This document shows, in pieces, positions 25,566-40,440 of a stretch of 64,000 nt of DNA. Source of the DNA: Octopus sinensis (Eukaryota); NCBI RefSeq assembly GCF_006345805.1, contig NC_043022.1, positions 8,742,001 through 8,806,000 on the forward strand, in the 5' to 3' direction. The notes beneath the pieces are model-generated. The model did not search any database and was not told the origin of the DNA. It worked only from the letters and a program-made list of their open reading frames with translations. Within the stretch, counting starts at the first letter, position 1. Each line of letters begins with the position of its first letter. The position numbers and the translations under genes are program-made.

Positions 25566-28500
25566 AAATATATTGATATACACTGGCACTTCGTCAGTTA
25601 CAACGACGAGGGTTCCAGTTGATCCGATCAGCGGAACAGCCTGCTCGTGAAATTAACATACAAGTGGTTGAGCACTCCACAGACATGCATACTCTTAATG
25701 TAGCTTTAAGGGAGATTCAGCATGACAGAATGTGACAAGGCTGACCTTTTCAATTACAAGTACTACTCATCTTTGGCAGCTGAATGGACTGGATCAATGT
25801 TAAATAAAGTGTCTTGCTCAAATGCACAATGTGCCACTAAGAATCCAACTCATGACTTTATGATCATGAGCCAAATAGCTTAACCACTAAGTGCAGATCC
25901 ATATGCCTACCTATACACACACAAACCACATATTTACAAACCTCAGAAACTAACCAGTAAATGGCATATCTCCTTCAAATTACATATGAATTTTACACAA
26001 AAAGGGGAAAGGCTACATTATATAATGTAATCCAAGGTAGACTGTGTTGTAAAAACATGTGCCTGCCATGGCTGGAATGACATGAAGGTTTGACTACAAC
26101 CAGAAAAATAGTTTGAAACAAAGAGTGCTTTAAGATGTCTGTTGGTCAGAAGCAAAAGAAACAATATATTTGTCCTTTACAAAGAAGTGTAGGTTTTTAG
26201 AATTCTTATGGTCAGGCTCAAAGAACAGAACAATTATTCATAATCCTAGCCCTATTGACTACTCAGCAAAATTATGAGTCATGCTACATCAGCATTTTTG
26301 TTGGATGAAAAAGATATTGGTGTCAACACCCCTTGGCCATTATCTGATAAACAGCTGAGATATCTTGTGAGAATTTGTAGTTGAACCATGACTAAATGTC
26401 GAACAACATATTATGACATTTCTTTAAGCTTTGCTGCGTTATATCATAAAGATGAAATGATATAGATTAGAATAATTGCAAGTGTTTTTTGCATACATTT
26501 TTTCTGTTCATTCAATCAATTAATATCAGCATTCATGAACATCATCATATATCCATATTTCTGTACATGCATGGGTTGGATGGAGTTTGCAGAGGCGTAT
26601 TTTCTACAGCTGAATGCCCTTCCTGTCACCAAGTCTCATCTGTTTCAAAGTAAGGCAATATTTCCCCATAACTAGTCATATTTTACAGAAGATTGGAAAA
26701 GAGGGACACTGCTTACAACACTACTCACATGCGAGTGACACTCATTTACAAATATCACATGAAGTCAAGGCAGAGAGACTGTAACACATATAAAAATGTA
26801 TTATAACAGGCTTCTTTCAGTTTTTGTCTACCAAATCAGGTAACAAGGCTTAAGTCAGCCTATAGTTGAAAACATTTACCCAAGGTGATACACAGTGTGA
26901 CAAACCTGAGACCACAATGTTGGGAAACAAACTTCTTACTACACAGCCAGACCTGCATCTATGCATAAACCTATCATCATCATCATCGTTTAACGTCCGT
27001 TTTCCGTGCTAGCACGGGTTGGACGGTTCGACCAGGGTCTGGGAAGCCAGGAGGCTGCACCAGGCTCCAGTATGATCTGGCAGTGTTTCTACAGCTGGAC
27101 GCCCTTCCTAACGCCAACCACTCCATGAGTGTAGTGGGCACTTTTTACGTGCCACTGGCACAGGTGCCTGGGGAGTCTGGCAGCAGCCATGATCGGTTGT
27201 TGCTTTTTACGTGCCACCGGCACAGAAGCCAGTTGGGTTTTTTTTTTCTTTTAGTGGAAACAGCACAACCAAATGATGATGAAGTTTGTTTCAAAATCAA
27301 TCTGTGTGGCATTTTGCAAAAATGTCTTCTGCCATTGCTTTGGTTCAATATGAGCCTTGTGGTTGAAATATTGTAGACAGATATGATGCAAAAGCCTATT
27401 GGATGGATTGTACCCATAATTCCGAGGTGCAACTATTTCACACAGTGTCGTTCTGATTCTGTCTGAGAATTACATTAAGAGTTCATTTATCTGTAGAATC
27501 AAACATGGGGTATTCTGGAGACCAGTTAGTGTAAGAGAGATAATCATTTTTTTGATAATACTTGGCAGGATTAGATAATTGCATTTTAAGTCAAGGAACG
27601 AGGAAGAAGACATGTGGGGTACATGGTTTTTTTCCCTTGCTTGCTCATTACAAATACTTTAAAATTTCTGGTCTTAGGTATTGATGTGTAGTACCATTTT
27701 ATTCTTATCAGAAATTGTCAGCATGACATATCTGAGGTTAATAAATTAAACTAAATGATTTTTTAAAATGAGATACTTCTTATAGATAGAAAATAATTAC
27801 AGTTTGGAAGAGATTCATGGAATATGTGTTTTATTTTCTTTTTTCATTATTCTTTTTCTTTCATGCTAATTGAACGAGCAGGGATTTCACTTGATCAAAT
27901 GACTGAATCCTCATCATTGAAAGTAATGGAGTTCCATTATGTTGTGTGTGTGTGTGCATGCATGTGCATACATGCAATATGCGCAGATGCATTGTACATA
28001 TATCTATTCAACACATGCACATTAATTGAGCTAATGAGGGAAATCTGTATCCACTTGAACTGTTAGAAATAGCAACTAAATCTAATAACCCAAAATCATT
28101 CCTTCTCAAGCATATAAAAGCATTCCAAACATACACATCGTGTTTTAGTTTTGATTCTCTCAAAATACATATCTGAGACTGCTCTTTCAATGATATTTTC
28201 TGTTTTCTTTTTTTAATTGTCAGTTATGATTTGAGGGTTATTTGACTGTTGTTTCTAGAAAATAGGGCAAACTGTTGCCCATGGTACTATTTAAATAGCA
28301 TGCCTAACAAAAGATAGTCTTGGATTTTTTTTAGTAGTGCAGTCTACCTAGTGATGATCAATATCTCATGTGGCCCATTTCTCAGAAAAAGTTGCCCACA
28401 CCTGATCATCATCATCATCATCGTTTAGTGTCCGCTTTCCATGCTAGCGTGGGTTGGACGGTTCAACTGGGGTCTGGGAAGCCAGAAGGCTGCACCAGGC

Positions 28501-30293
28501 CCAGTCTGATCTGGCAATGTTTCTACGGCTGGATGCCCTTCCTAACGCCAACCACTCTGTGAGTGTAGTGGGTGCTGATATAGAGTAGAACTATATGTGG
28601 GAGCAGTTCCCAAAGAATATTCCGTGTTGTAACTTGGGAGGGTCATTATGTCAATAATAAATACATACACTGATTCTGTTTCACTTCTTTATCTTTATAT
28701 GTCAATTGGTTAAATATTTAACCAATTAATTAATTGATTGTTTTGTTAATTGTTCAGTCAATTCAACATGATTCATGTAGAATGTAAAATACAGTTAATT
28801 TCACTCTCACTTGTAATTCCTACTGGTAAAAACAGAATATAAAGAATGTAAGGGAACTGGTGTTAGTCTCCATTGACAAAAATTATACAGTGACATTTAT
28901 AGATTTGGAAAAGTTTTTATTCTGTGAGGGGAACAAGAATTTGATGTTTTGGAGCTGACCCTTCTGTCACAAAATGAATTCAGTTATTCTTCTTTTTTTA
29001 TTTTGTCACAAGAAATGTCTTGTCCTAAACTTTGGGTTCCCCTTTATTTCTTCATCCAAATTCAGAATGAATCAGTTGGGTGCAGCTGTTTGGATGCTTA
29101 TGATTTGGCATGGTTCAGTGGACAATCAACCAGTTTTGGTGATGGTACATTTTGGCCCTTGAGGCAAGCATACACATGCATATGAACAGAACTATATGCA
29201 TACTAATACAGAGAGGAAGAAAGAGACATTACACATACATACAAACATAGCCACATGCTCACATGTGTAAAGAGAAAGGGAGAGAGAGAGTGGGGAGAGA
29301 GTGGGGAGAAAAGGAAGGAGTGAATGAGAGAAACATTAAAATGTCTATGTCAAATAAGTCATTAGCAAATATGTGGGGCCAGAGAGGCGGCACCAAAATG
29401 ACTGTGCCAAAACGTCTCAAACTTATCCAAACTCGTGCTCATTACTAGAGAAAAGAAATTTTTCTACCTCTTATTCTGTTTGTGATGATGTGTGTAATGT
29501 AAAATTTTGGAAGTTGTCATGTTGAAGTACACAGCCACCTTGGAACTTGTGCTGTGACTTTCCCCTTATTTCTTCATGGATTTTCTTAAAACATTTATGA
29601 TTATGCAAAACTGTGTAGAGTTGCAAATTGGATAATTTTATAATAAAAAGCACCAAGGGAGGATATATTTTGCAATTAGGTAATAATATGCAATGCGCAA
29701 ATTACTCTAAAGAAATTTTTCGGCTTATAATTCACTTGCCAAAGATAGGCAATATGACTAACAAATACACTATTTATGTTATGTTTGTTTTCCAAAAATA
29801 CATTCAATTATTTGTAATTTGATGTATAATATACAGGGGTTCATTTATAATTAGGTATACATTCAAGGGGATTTCGAAATCTCATGTAATTTATAAAGTT
29901 TTGCTAAGAGGAAAAAATCCTTGGAACAACAATAGTTTTAAATCATTTTAAAGAATACACACATTTTAATACTTGGAATATGGTACAGGGAATCCAATGA
30001 GCCAGTTTTCATCGATATAACAGTGATAATATTATTTGTTATAATAATAATCCTTTCTACTATAGGCACAGAGCCTGATATTTTGGGGGAGGGAGCTAGT
30101 CAATGACACTGACCCCAGTGGTCAACTGGTACTTTTTTTATTGACTCTAATAAGATAAAGGGCAAATTGAACCTTGGTAGAATTTAAACTCAGAACATAA
30201 ATACAAATGAAATGCCACTAAGCATTTTGTTTGGTGCAGTAACGATTCTGCTAGCTTGCTGTCTTAATAACAATAATGATGATGATGATGCTG

Positions 30294-30347
<54 letters not shown>

Positions 30348-30935
30348 GTAATGGTTTCAAGTTTTGACACAAGTTCAGCAATTTTAGGGGACAGAATAGC
30401 TGAATACATTGACCTGCAGAATTTGTCTTGTATCTTATTTTATTGACCATGGTGGGATGAAAAGCAGAGTTGACCACTGTTGTATCTAAACTCAAAATGT
30501 AAAGAGCTAGAACAAATACTGCCATTCATTTTCCCATGTTATGTATCCACAATGAGCACAAAATTACTCATACTTTTGTTGTCTATTGATTTTGTATTCT
30601 GCTACATAAGCTGACATATTGCCTGTCTTTCAAGAAGTACTTAATTCTGTTAATTATTTTTGTTGTTTGGTCCTATGTCAGAGCTGACACAACTGACCTA
30701 TGTTCCAATACATCTTTATTTACATTTATGTCCATGTTGTCCGTTGTGGATTTGTTTGTTTCTTTGTCCATTTTTAATAACAATGAGTGATGTGTAGAAA
30801 TTTTCCTCTATTTCCAGCAGGTCAAGAAACCACATACAGGCTTCTCTTATTGTTCTGTTTTAATGTAAATAAATAAATCATGATTTCAGTGTGGATTAAA
30901 ATATGAAAATCTAAAATTCTTCAATTCTTCTGCAG

Positions 30936-31016
30936 GGATCATATTGGGCTATTGACAATAATCCATCAGATGACCCGGTTCCATCTCGGCAGAAAAGAAG
31001 GCGACTCAATGAAAGA
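30936..31016 (+). CDS. FoxJ2/3: Internal coding exon: C-terminal end of a forkhead domain plus basic NLS-like tail, FoxJ2/3 subfamily
   Basis: Acceptor ttcttcaattcttctgcAG (30934-35) and donor GTAAGT (31017-22); 81 nt, phase 0/0. Translates to GSYWAIDNNPSDDPVPSRQKRRRLNER, closely matching human FOXJ3 as I recall it ([28 protein letters not shown]). Too short for the ORF track. Confidence 0.9.
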
Positions 31017-31075
31017 GTAAGTATTATTATCATTGTTAAAATAAAGCTAGATATTTATATTAATGGTTTGTGAAG

Positions 31076-31378
31076 CTGCATGGCTCAGTGGTTAGATTGT
31101 TGGGTTCATGATCATGAGGTAATGAGTTCAATTCCCAGACTGGGCTGGCTGTTGTGTTCTTGAGCAAGACTCTTTATTTCACATTATTCCAGTTCATTCA
31201 GCTGTAGAAATGAGCTGCCATGTCACTCATGCCAAGCTGTATCAGCCTTTGCTTTTCCCTTGGATAATATCAGTGGTGTAGAGAGGGGAGGCTGGTATGT
31301 ATGGGCAACTGGTGATCTTCCACAAATAACTTTACCCAGACCTGTGCCTCGGATGGTCATTCATGACTGAAAGGGGTG
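31076..31378 (+). mobile_element. tRNA-derived SINE (family 3), 60 bp downstream of the Fox exon donor
   Basis: Head tggctcagtggttag...gagttcaattccc; colinear with 12160-12935 (interrupted copy) and related to 22828-23125 (+), 3385-3515 (-) and 25580-25895 (-). Confidence 0.75.
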
Positions 31379-31460
31379 TCTTCTGCTTTAGCTTCAGGTC
31401 AACCAACACCCTGCTAATGGATTTGGTAGATGGAAACTGAAAGAAGACTGTTGTGTGTGG

Positions 31461-31501
<41 letters not shown>

Positions 31502-31502
<1 letters not shown>

Positions 31503-31820
31503 AGAGGTGCAGCAACATCAAAGGAAGATTAACTGAGAAGAGAGCTTTTGTGTGCGGCAGATGCACAGGGGCAATAGACACCACAGATGCTCAGAAAACA
31601 GATTCCATCACACTCCATTGGGAAAAACTAGAAGCAGCTGATAGCTTCTGCTACCTAGGTGACCAAGTTAGTAGTGGGGTGGATGCTCAGAGAGTGTTAC
31701 CACTAGAATAAAAATAGCCTGGGTAAAGTTTAGAAAGCTTCTACCCCTACTGGTTGCAAAGGGTCTCTCGCGTAGAGTGAAAGGTAGATTGTATGATGCA
31801 TGTGTGCGAACTGCCATGCA
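31502..31820 (+). mobile_element. RTE-clade LINE reverse transcriptase fragment
   Basis: KRCSNIKGRLTEKRAFVCGRC...EKLEAADSFCYLGDQVSSG, then after a frameshift ...IAWVKFRKLLPLLVAKGLSRRVKGRLYDACVRTAM: the typical RTE FxYLG / AWxKF / KGxLY region. Confidence 0.85.
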
Positions 31821-32539
31821 CATTTGAAAATCCAGGATATACAAACAACACAGTAATATTTCCACTGTGGAGTGTGTGTGTATGTATATATATATATATA
31901 TACTTCGAAACGTAGAGTAGATGAAACCATGGCGACTGAAGAAAGGGTTTTTTCTTTGTGTTAATTGTCCTGTACTCTATTTTTTTGTTGTTTAAAAAAA
32001 TGTCTATGTTTTCGTTTCTCATTGTGTTTGACGTTTTTTTGGTGTCCTGTACTCATATATGCGTGTATATGTACATGTAGAGGTAGGTACGTACATATAT
32101 GTATATATATATATGCATATGTTTTTATTTATTAACATATATATATATATATTGCTTCAAAAGTTCACTTTTGTCTGAACAACAGTTATGTAAAACTTAA
32201 AGTATTAATGGTTTTTGAAGTCTTTCAGTTTCAATATAATACTATGTATTTAACTTTACCTATGGTATTTAAATACTTTTCTCTCTATCTTCTTTTACCC
32301 TTATATGCTAGCACACACACACTTAAAAATGTAGGAAAAAACTTTTCAAATATAAGTGAAGTGGAAGTATACAAAAATGAACATTATTTTCCATCTCGCT
32401 GTTAGTTTTGTTTCACTTTGAAAGACAAAAATTTATTTCATGGTTCATTATTGTTTATATTTTGAATTGCATATATATATGGTGACACCAAAATCTTTTA
32501 CGTGCATAGAGCCTCTATGGGTCTTAATCTGGACCTGAC

Positions 32540-33270
32540 TATAGTACCACCACCACCATCACCATCACCAATATCACCATTACATCACCAACACTACCAT
32601 CATTCATCCACATCATTAATACTACCAAATCCAACATAACCACCACTATCATCGTCATCACCACCATCACTAACACCAACATCAACACCACTACAAACAT
32701 CACCTTTCTCATTATCACTGACATCATTACTATCAATATCTGTTTTTTTATTACCCACAAGGGGCTAAACATAGAGGGGACAAACAAGGACAGACAAACG
32801 GATTAAGTCGATTACGTCAACCCCAGTGCGTAACTGGTACTTAATTTATCGACCCCGAAAGGATGAAAGGCAAAGTCGACCTCGGCGGAATTTGAACTCA
32901 GAACGTAATACGGCAGACGAAATACGGCTATGCATTTCGCCCGGTGTGCTAACGTTTCTGCAAGTTCGCCGCCGTCATTACTATCAATATCCTCATCACA
33001 GTGGCTACCAGCAACACCACTATCACCACCATCAGCAGAACTACCAACAACAACCCCACCATCACCATTATCATAATTACCACAAACACAAATACCACCC
33101 CAATCACTAGTAATATTATCATTACTGTAATGGTTACCATCAACACCATGAGCACTGTTACCAGTACCACCACAACCATCACCATCAAAATCACTTCCAC
33201 TGCCACCATAGTAACCCCACCAACACCCCTATGAGCACTATTTCCACCACCATCACCACCGTCAACATCA
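32540..33270. repeat. Degenerate (CAC/CAT)n array interrupted by a family 4 SINE
   Basis: Directly visible on both sides of 32740-32973. Confidence 0.88.
32740..32973 (-). mobile_element. SINE family 4 with Meta-domain-like core
   Basis: Minus strand ggcggcgaacttgcagaaacgttagc...gaggtcgactttgcctttcatcctttcggggtcgataaattaagtacc; resembles the MetaSINE domain as I recall it. Further copies near 30050-30265, 36840-37495, 45400-45595 and 56345-56475. Confidence 0.7.
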
Positions 33271-33960
33271 TTCTCTCTTTTGATTTAATATACTTGTGTT
33301 AATTTGTAGGATTTGTCTGGACGACATCTGTTACCATATCAACTGCACAACAGATGTGTAATTACATTATCTGGACTGGAAACATGTGTAAATACAAATA
33401 TAGATTTATAGAAGGATGCTCTCCTTAGCAATAAGCACTCGACCATTAATTGAAAGTGTTATCTATTTGTTTGCTGACTTTACTGAAGAGCAAAGCAATG
33501 TGACCTTACCTAAGAAAATAAAGCAATTGGTATGGCGTAGTTTATTTGAACTCATTAGTGTTAATATAAGCCACTATGTTCACCACAAAACTATTATATC
33601 TATTGTTTATGTATGATTTTATCTTCTCTTGAAGTGCCGTAGCAGTTAATAAAATCAATTTATTCTGTTAATGATACAATAGTACTTCTAAGAAATGGTA
33701 AACCCCTACTTGTGCTCTTCCTGTTATGTTAGAGTGTATTTTTATAATCCAAAAGTATTATTTGCTTTTACATGTAATTTGGCTTTTATGATTCATTGGT
33801 AATGTTGTATAATACACATTATGGAATTGTTATCTAAGGAATATTGAGTAAGTGCAGTTGTCAGTAAGATAGGTGTCTTCTATTAAAACCCCAGGCAGCC
33901 CAAAGTTCTATGAGTGGATTTGTTACACAGAAACAGAAAGAATCTCATCATGTATGTATG

Positions 33961-33994
<34 letters not shown>

Positions 33995-34332
33995 TGTATG
34001 TATGTATGTATGTATGTATGTCTGTATGTCTGTCTTTCTGTCTGTATGTATATATGTATGTGTGTGTATATGTATGTATGTATGTAATGTATGTATGTAT
34101 GTATGCATGCACACTACTCTCTCCTTACCTTGACTTCATTTGATACATTGTGAATGAATGTCACTATCATGCAAATAGTGTCCCTCATTCCCAGTCTTCC
34201 GTGAAAATATGTCTGGTCTTGGGGAAATATTACCTTGCTTAGAAATAGGTGAGGGTTGGCAATACAAAGGACATCAGGTCATAGCAAATCTACCTCAGCA
34301 ATCTTATACAAGCATGAAAAATTGGACATTAA

Positions 34333-34461
34333 CCTTTAGCATGCTGAAGGTAAATCATGTTGCTGTATGAGTTTTCTCCCCTGTAGCTGCAGGCATATTG
34401 TGTCACATTGAGAGGGAAAAAACTCAAATGGCAACATAATTTACCTTCAGTGTGCTAAAGG
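34333..34461. mobile_element. Small piggyBac-like hairpin MITE
   Basis: TTAA|cctttagcatgctgaaggtaaat... and ...atttaccttcagtgtgctaaagg|TTGA; arms about 45 bp. Confidence 0.6.
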
Positions 34462-34839
34462 TTGAATGGTGCTTAGGATTGATCTGTAATAACTTTGACA
34501 TGTTATTATAGTATGTTTTTGTTCTTTTATTTTATCTACTTCTGGAGTGTACATGGGTTGTAAGGTGCAATATAGCCAACAGTTATATTGGGGGATTTTT
34601 CTTTTTTGCATTTTCCTGTTCTTGCAAGTTACTTGCCAACCTTACTAGTGTCAGTGATGTGAGAAAAGTACATACTATAAAGAAGAGCATCCAGCTGTAG
34701 AAATGAAGCCAAAGCTGACATTGGAATTCAATGTGGCTCTGCTGCTCACCAGATCCTGTCAAACTGTCCAACCCATGCCAGCATGGAAATGAACATTGAA
34801 TGATGATGATAATAACATAGCATTGATTTTAACAAAGTA

Positions 34840-35067
34840 TACTCTTTACTCTCTCTTTTACTCTTTTACTTGTTTCAGTCATTTAACTGTGGCCATGCTG
34901 GAGCGCCGCCTTTAGTCGAGCAAATCGACCCTAGGACTTTATTCTTTGTAAGCCTAGTACTTATTCTATCGGCCCCTTTTTGCTGAACTGCTAAGTTATG
35001 GGGCCGTAAATACACCAGCATCGGTTGTCATGCGATGTTGGGGGTGGACAAAGACAGATACACACAC

Positions 35068-35117
<50 letters not shown>

Positions 35118-35251
35118 GTACGACGGGCTTCTTTCAGTTTCCGTCTACCAAATCCACTCACAAGGCTTTGGTTGGCCCGAGGCTATAGTAGAAGACACTT
35201 GCCCAAGGTGCCATGCAGTGGGACTGAACCTGGAACCATGTGGTTGGTAAG
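34840..35251 (-). mobile_element. SINE family 1, near full length
   Basis: Reverse complement of the 18896-19317 element, including the internal microsatellite. Confidence 0.85.
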
Positions 35252-38046
35252 GTATGTTTCACTTGTTTAATTAAGGAAGCCATCTTATTCAATGACCTAC
35301 AGTATAAGTGACTGAGTATTCCACAGTGCATAAGTATAAGTGAAAAGTTGAGTAGTTTGCTTCATATTCACAAGATTATGGGCTGGGGCTCAACCTCACC
35401 TCATAGCCCAGAGCCTTCTGCCAAAATCTTCTGTCATAGCCTGAGATCAAAGAAATTAGGTCAACAGAAGCTGAAGGATTCAAAATGTCCTTTGAATTAT
35501 TCTGCTTGAAGTATTATGTGAAGGGCACAAGTGTCTGTGGAATACTCAGCCACGTGTACCATAACAGAAGACAGATGACTTTACCTTAGTTTGTCTCACT
35601 CATAAAGTCACACAGAGTCTATGGCCCCGAGCTAACCAATGCCTTGTCCAACTAAATTCTTCAAGGTGATGCCTCAGCATGGTCAAAATCCAATGACCAA
35701 AGCAAGTAAAAGGTAAAAACCTCAACGTGTTTATCTAGAGTCATATTGTTTAAAATGTTTTGTTATGTGTGAAGGCCCTGTGGCCAATAAAGAGATGATG
35801 ATGATGACAATGATGATGATGATCATCATCATTGTCATAATCATTGTAATCAGTCATCTATGTTCTTTAAAAATCAATACTTTCCATGCAAGATTGTTAT
35901 TTAACTGACATAGTTGCCTTCAAATATTTTTACTTAAAATTCTAATTCTTAATTTTTCATTCATTTTTGCCCTGAAATTAAAAACGATATTTGTAAAATA
36001 CATTCTTCAGATGTTTGAAAAAGGAGGGGAAAAAATATTTTGTGGAATTCCAAGTTAATATTTAAATTTCATTACTTTGCAGAAAGATTATAGATGTTTT
36101 TTGATCAGATCTAATTCAAATTTTCAGGAAAATAAAATGCCTATGTCGACCATATAATTTTCTGGCGTTAATTAACGCAAATCATTTGAATTTCACAAAG
36201 TTAGTTTTTGATTTTTTTTTGTATTTTTTTCCAAAAGTATCTAATTAGAACATTTTGATGTTTTGTTTCTGATTTTTCAATTTATTAGAAAATCTCTAAA
36301 TAATAATATGTAAATGTTATTTAACTTGTTTGTAAATATAAGTATCTACTTTGTATCTTCATTCTTTCATAATTTAGTCATATATTCGTGACAACTTTCA
36401 GTTACTCAACTATCTAACATAAGCTTTTTCTTCATGATGCCCTCTCAACTTTGAAATATAGTAGGTTCAGAGAGAAATGAAATGTTTTGGTCATAAGGTC
36501 AATACATTCATTTCATGATCACATGGTTTAGAGTTTGGCCCCCCTTAATGTGTCACATTGGTCACTTTTACCACCTTCAAAAGCAGTAGATGTAAACAAA
36601 AGGAGATAAAATACAAATTCTTTAATAAAGTTTTTTGGCAACACATGACAATCACTGAACAAATTAGTACATCTCTACATGGTCATTCGACCGACTACTA
36701 TTACTAGTGCTGCATTGCCTGATGATAAACACCATCAACTACTTGTCTCCAGAATTCTCTCTCCTGCATTATTTTTGGTAGGTCACTCTTCAGTAGACCA
36801 GAGTCTTCAACCAGTTAGTTAATAAATGTGTTGATAGTTGAGGACTGGGGTCGATGTAATTGACTATTCCGCTTCCTTAAAATTTCAAGCTTGTACCTAT
36901 GGTAGAAAAGATTATCATTATCATCATCATCGTTATTATTATGGTGGTGAGCTGGTAGAATCGTTAGCACACCAGGCAAAATTCTTAGTGGCATTTAGTC
37001 TGTCTTTACTTTCTGAGTTTAAATACCACTGAGGTTGACTTTGCCTTTCATCCTTTCAGGGTCAATAAATTAAGTACCAGTGAAACACTGGGGTCAATGT
37101 AATTCACCAGTTCCTTCCCCAAAAATTTCAAGCCTTGTGCCTGTAGTATATTATTATCATCATCATCATTATTATTATATTCTGAGTTCAAATGCTGCCA
37201 AGGTCAACTTTGCCTTTCATCTTTTCAGGGTCAATAAAATAAGTACCAGGGTTGATGTAACTGACTTAGACCCACCCCCAAACTTGCTGGCCTTGTGCCA
37301 AAATTTGAAACTTTTATGATTGTTGTTGTTGTGTGCTGACAGAATCATAAACATGTCAAAACAAAATTCTTAGTAAAAGCATTTCTCCTGGTTCTTTACA
37401 TTCTGAGTCCAAGTACTGGGGGTCAATGTAATCAACTAATTCCTTCTCCTAAAATTGCTGATCTTGTGCCTAAATTAGAAACAATTATTATTATTGATAA
37501 AATTTTACAGGACTCTGATCACAGAATACTTTCCACCAGGATTACCTAATGATTCAAAAGTGCTTTTTATTCATTTTAATCAACAAAAAGTTCTTTGAAT
37601 ATTTGAACTTCCTCTCTGTTACCATGGTTGAGGAAAAAACAATTCAACCTTAAGGACTTTTATTGAGTATTTATAAAGTATGCCAGTACCCATTTTGCTT
37701 TGTTTATTTGTTGTTTAATATGGCCTACCTATTATAGTAGTGGGAGGAGGTGCATGTTACAAAGGCGGTAGCAGTAAATTCAACCCCTTCTCATCACTTT
37801 GCCCAAATTTTTGAAATATATAAACAAAATTTTAAATAAAGATAAACAAAAAAAATTAGAGACTCAGCTAGGGTTGTGTGGTTAAGAAGCTTGCTTTGCA
37901 ACCACATGGCTTTAGGTTCAGTCCCACCCTGCACTACTTTGAATAATTGTCTTCAACTAAAGCTGTGGCTGACCAATGTCTTGTGAGTGACTTTTGTAGA
38001 TTGTAACTTTTGTGAAACTCATCGTATATGTGTGTGTGTATGCGTA

Positions 38047-38089
<43 letters not shown>

Positions 38090-38094
<5 letters not shown>

Positions 38095-38261
38095 CACTCA
38101 CACATATATACACACTCAGATATATATATACACATACACTCACATGTATATACACACTCAGATATATATATATATATACATACACATACACTCACACATA
38201 TATACACACTCAGATATATATATATACACATACACTCACACGCATATACACACTCAGATAT

Positions 38262-38265
<4 letters not shown>
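38090..38265. repeat. Minisatellite, about 4 units of acatacactcacacatatatacacactcagatat(at)n
   Basis: The unit with its cactcagat anchor recurs four times with a variable TA spacer. Confidence 0.8.
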
Positions 38266-38295
<30 letters not shown>

Positions 38296-38969
38296 TACAT
38301 ACACACAACACACACTTCTCCCTATTGGTCACTTCTGCCACACACACCAAAAACATGTGATGGCAAAGCAAACTCGTTAATCATATAGCCATACCTGTAT
38401 ACTAATTAATTGAAATTTTAAAAATTCGATGTAGGTAATGTGATAAGAGGAAGATGTGATTTTGTCTGATCTTTGCTAGACCTCAGTGACAACAGACTAA
38501 AACAAGTTCATTGCCAGATTACGAGTTAACATGCATAGCGTTTCTTTTCCTCTTTTCACAGCCTCATATTGACATGTATGAGACAGTGAAACGTTACTAC
38601 TAACATTACTACTATTATTAATGAATGAATTAATTAATGAATGAATTAATGAATGAAGTATCTCAGCAATTCTAATTAGAATAAAGAGAATGAAAAAATA
38701 TGGGAACAAAATAAAACTGATATGAACTGAATATCAAACTCTCTCCCCTTTTAACAACTTTTAATTAATTTGTGCTTTGATATTTATAAAAATGTTGTCT
38801 TAATGATGATGCTCTGTTGATTACAGTAATTAATATGCCCGTATTTTTAATTTATTTTCTTTTTTCTTTTGCCTATATTGCAGCTTGCAACTTTTTATTT
38901 ATTTTTTTTTGTATCACACACACCTACTCATCTCTCTCAATCTCTGTAACATACACATATCTATAAACA

Positions 38970-39032
<63 letters not shown>

Positions 39033-39145
39033 TTTTCTATCTATCTATCTATCTATCCCCATTTATATATGTGTGTGTGTGTGTGTGTGGTTTTAAACAT
39101 CTAAATATACTGGAAACAACATAATCAGTATCTAGATGTATTAAT

Positions 39146-39188
<43 letters not shown>

Positions 39189-39984
39189 AAGTCGTAGTAG
39201 TAGAAGTAGTAGTAGTCGTAGTAGTAGTAGTAGTAATAATACATATATGTGGGTGTATGTGTGTGTATATTTATATTTATATATATATATATATATAGCA
39301 GTTTATGAAGAGAAAACCACCATATAGATTCCTTACATGCTAAAAATGGCAGTCAAAGCCTAAAAGCATGAAAGAATATTCTTAGATTAAAGCACATTGA
39401 TTTGTATGCAAGCAAGACATTTGAGTGAATAAAATACAGTAAACCTTATCCTTTTTTGTTTTTAATAAGTTTTGCTATTACTGACCAAATAAAACAATAT
39501 TTGGTTAGTAATATTACTTAAGATTTCGTAGATAGTACTAATTGATATTTCTCCAAATAACATGCCCATAAATTAATTACATTAATATACTTACTGATAT
39601 ATTATAAAGACCAACCACCTCATGTCTGTAATGGGATTGACCAAAGTTCAACCAGATCAAATGTAGTATAGAATATGACGAATATTATTCTCAGAATTTT
39701 ATTTGGCAGCACTGACAGACATTGGAAGTAGAAACGGCTGTTAGATGAAATAAAGATTTGCATTAAAGCATAATAATCGATGGTAGTCAATTTGTTTGTT
39801 GATCAAGAATTTTCTCCATTTTCTGCTTAATTTAAATTTGATTCCTGATAAACTCTTGTTTATTTTTATTATTCCCTGTATCCTATGAGCATAATATGCT
39901 TGCATATGTATGCCCAGGGTTAACATAGGTAATTTATACCGGTAGTAAGTTAAACGGTTATTCCAACCGCTAACTCTACTAACC

Positions 39985-40062
39985 TATATATATATATATA
40001 TATATATATAGATATATATATATATATATATATATAGATATATATATATATATATAATATAT

Positions 40063-40116
<54 letters not shown>

Positions 40117-40130
40117 TATATATATATATA

Positions 40131-40174
<44 letters not shown>

Positions 40175-40214
40175 ATATATATATAATATAATATATATAT
40201 ATATATATATAGAT

Positions 40215-40274
<60 letters not shown>

Positions 40275-40344
40275 GATATATATATATATATATAAATAAT
40301 ATATATATATATATATATATATAATATAATATATATATAAATAT

Positions 40345-40423
<79 letters not shown>

Positions 40424-40440
40424 GTATATATATATGTATA
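39985..40440. repeat. About 455-bp nearly pure (TA)n low-complexity tract
   Basis: Directly visible; source of the spurious YI-rich ORF 39984-40448. Confidence 0.95.

Noticed and set aside
38551-38600. Strong acceptor tttcttttcctcttttcacag as the next FoxJ2/3 exon
   Set aside because: The phase-0 frame (PHIDMYETVKRYY*) soon stops, with no good donor and no FoxJ similarity.
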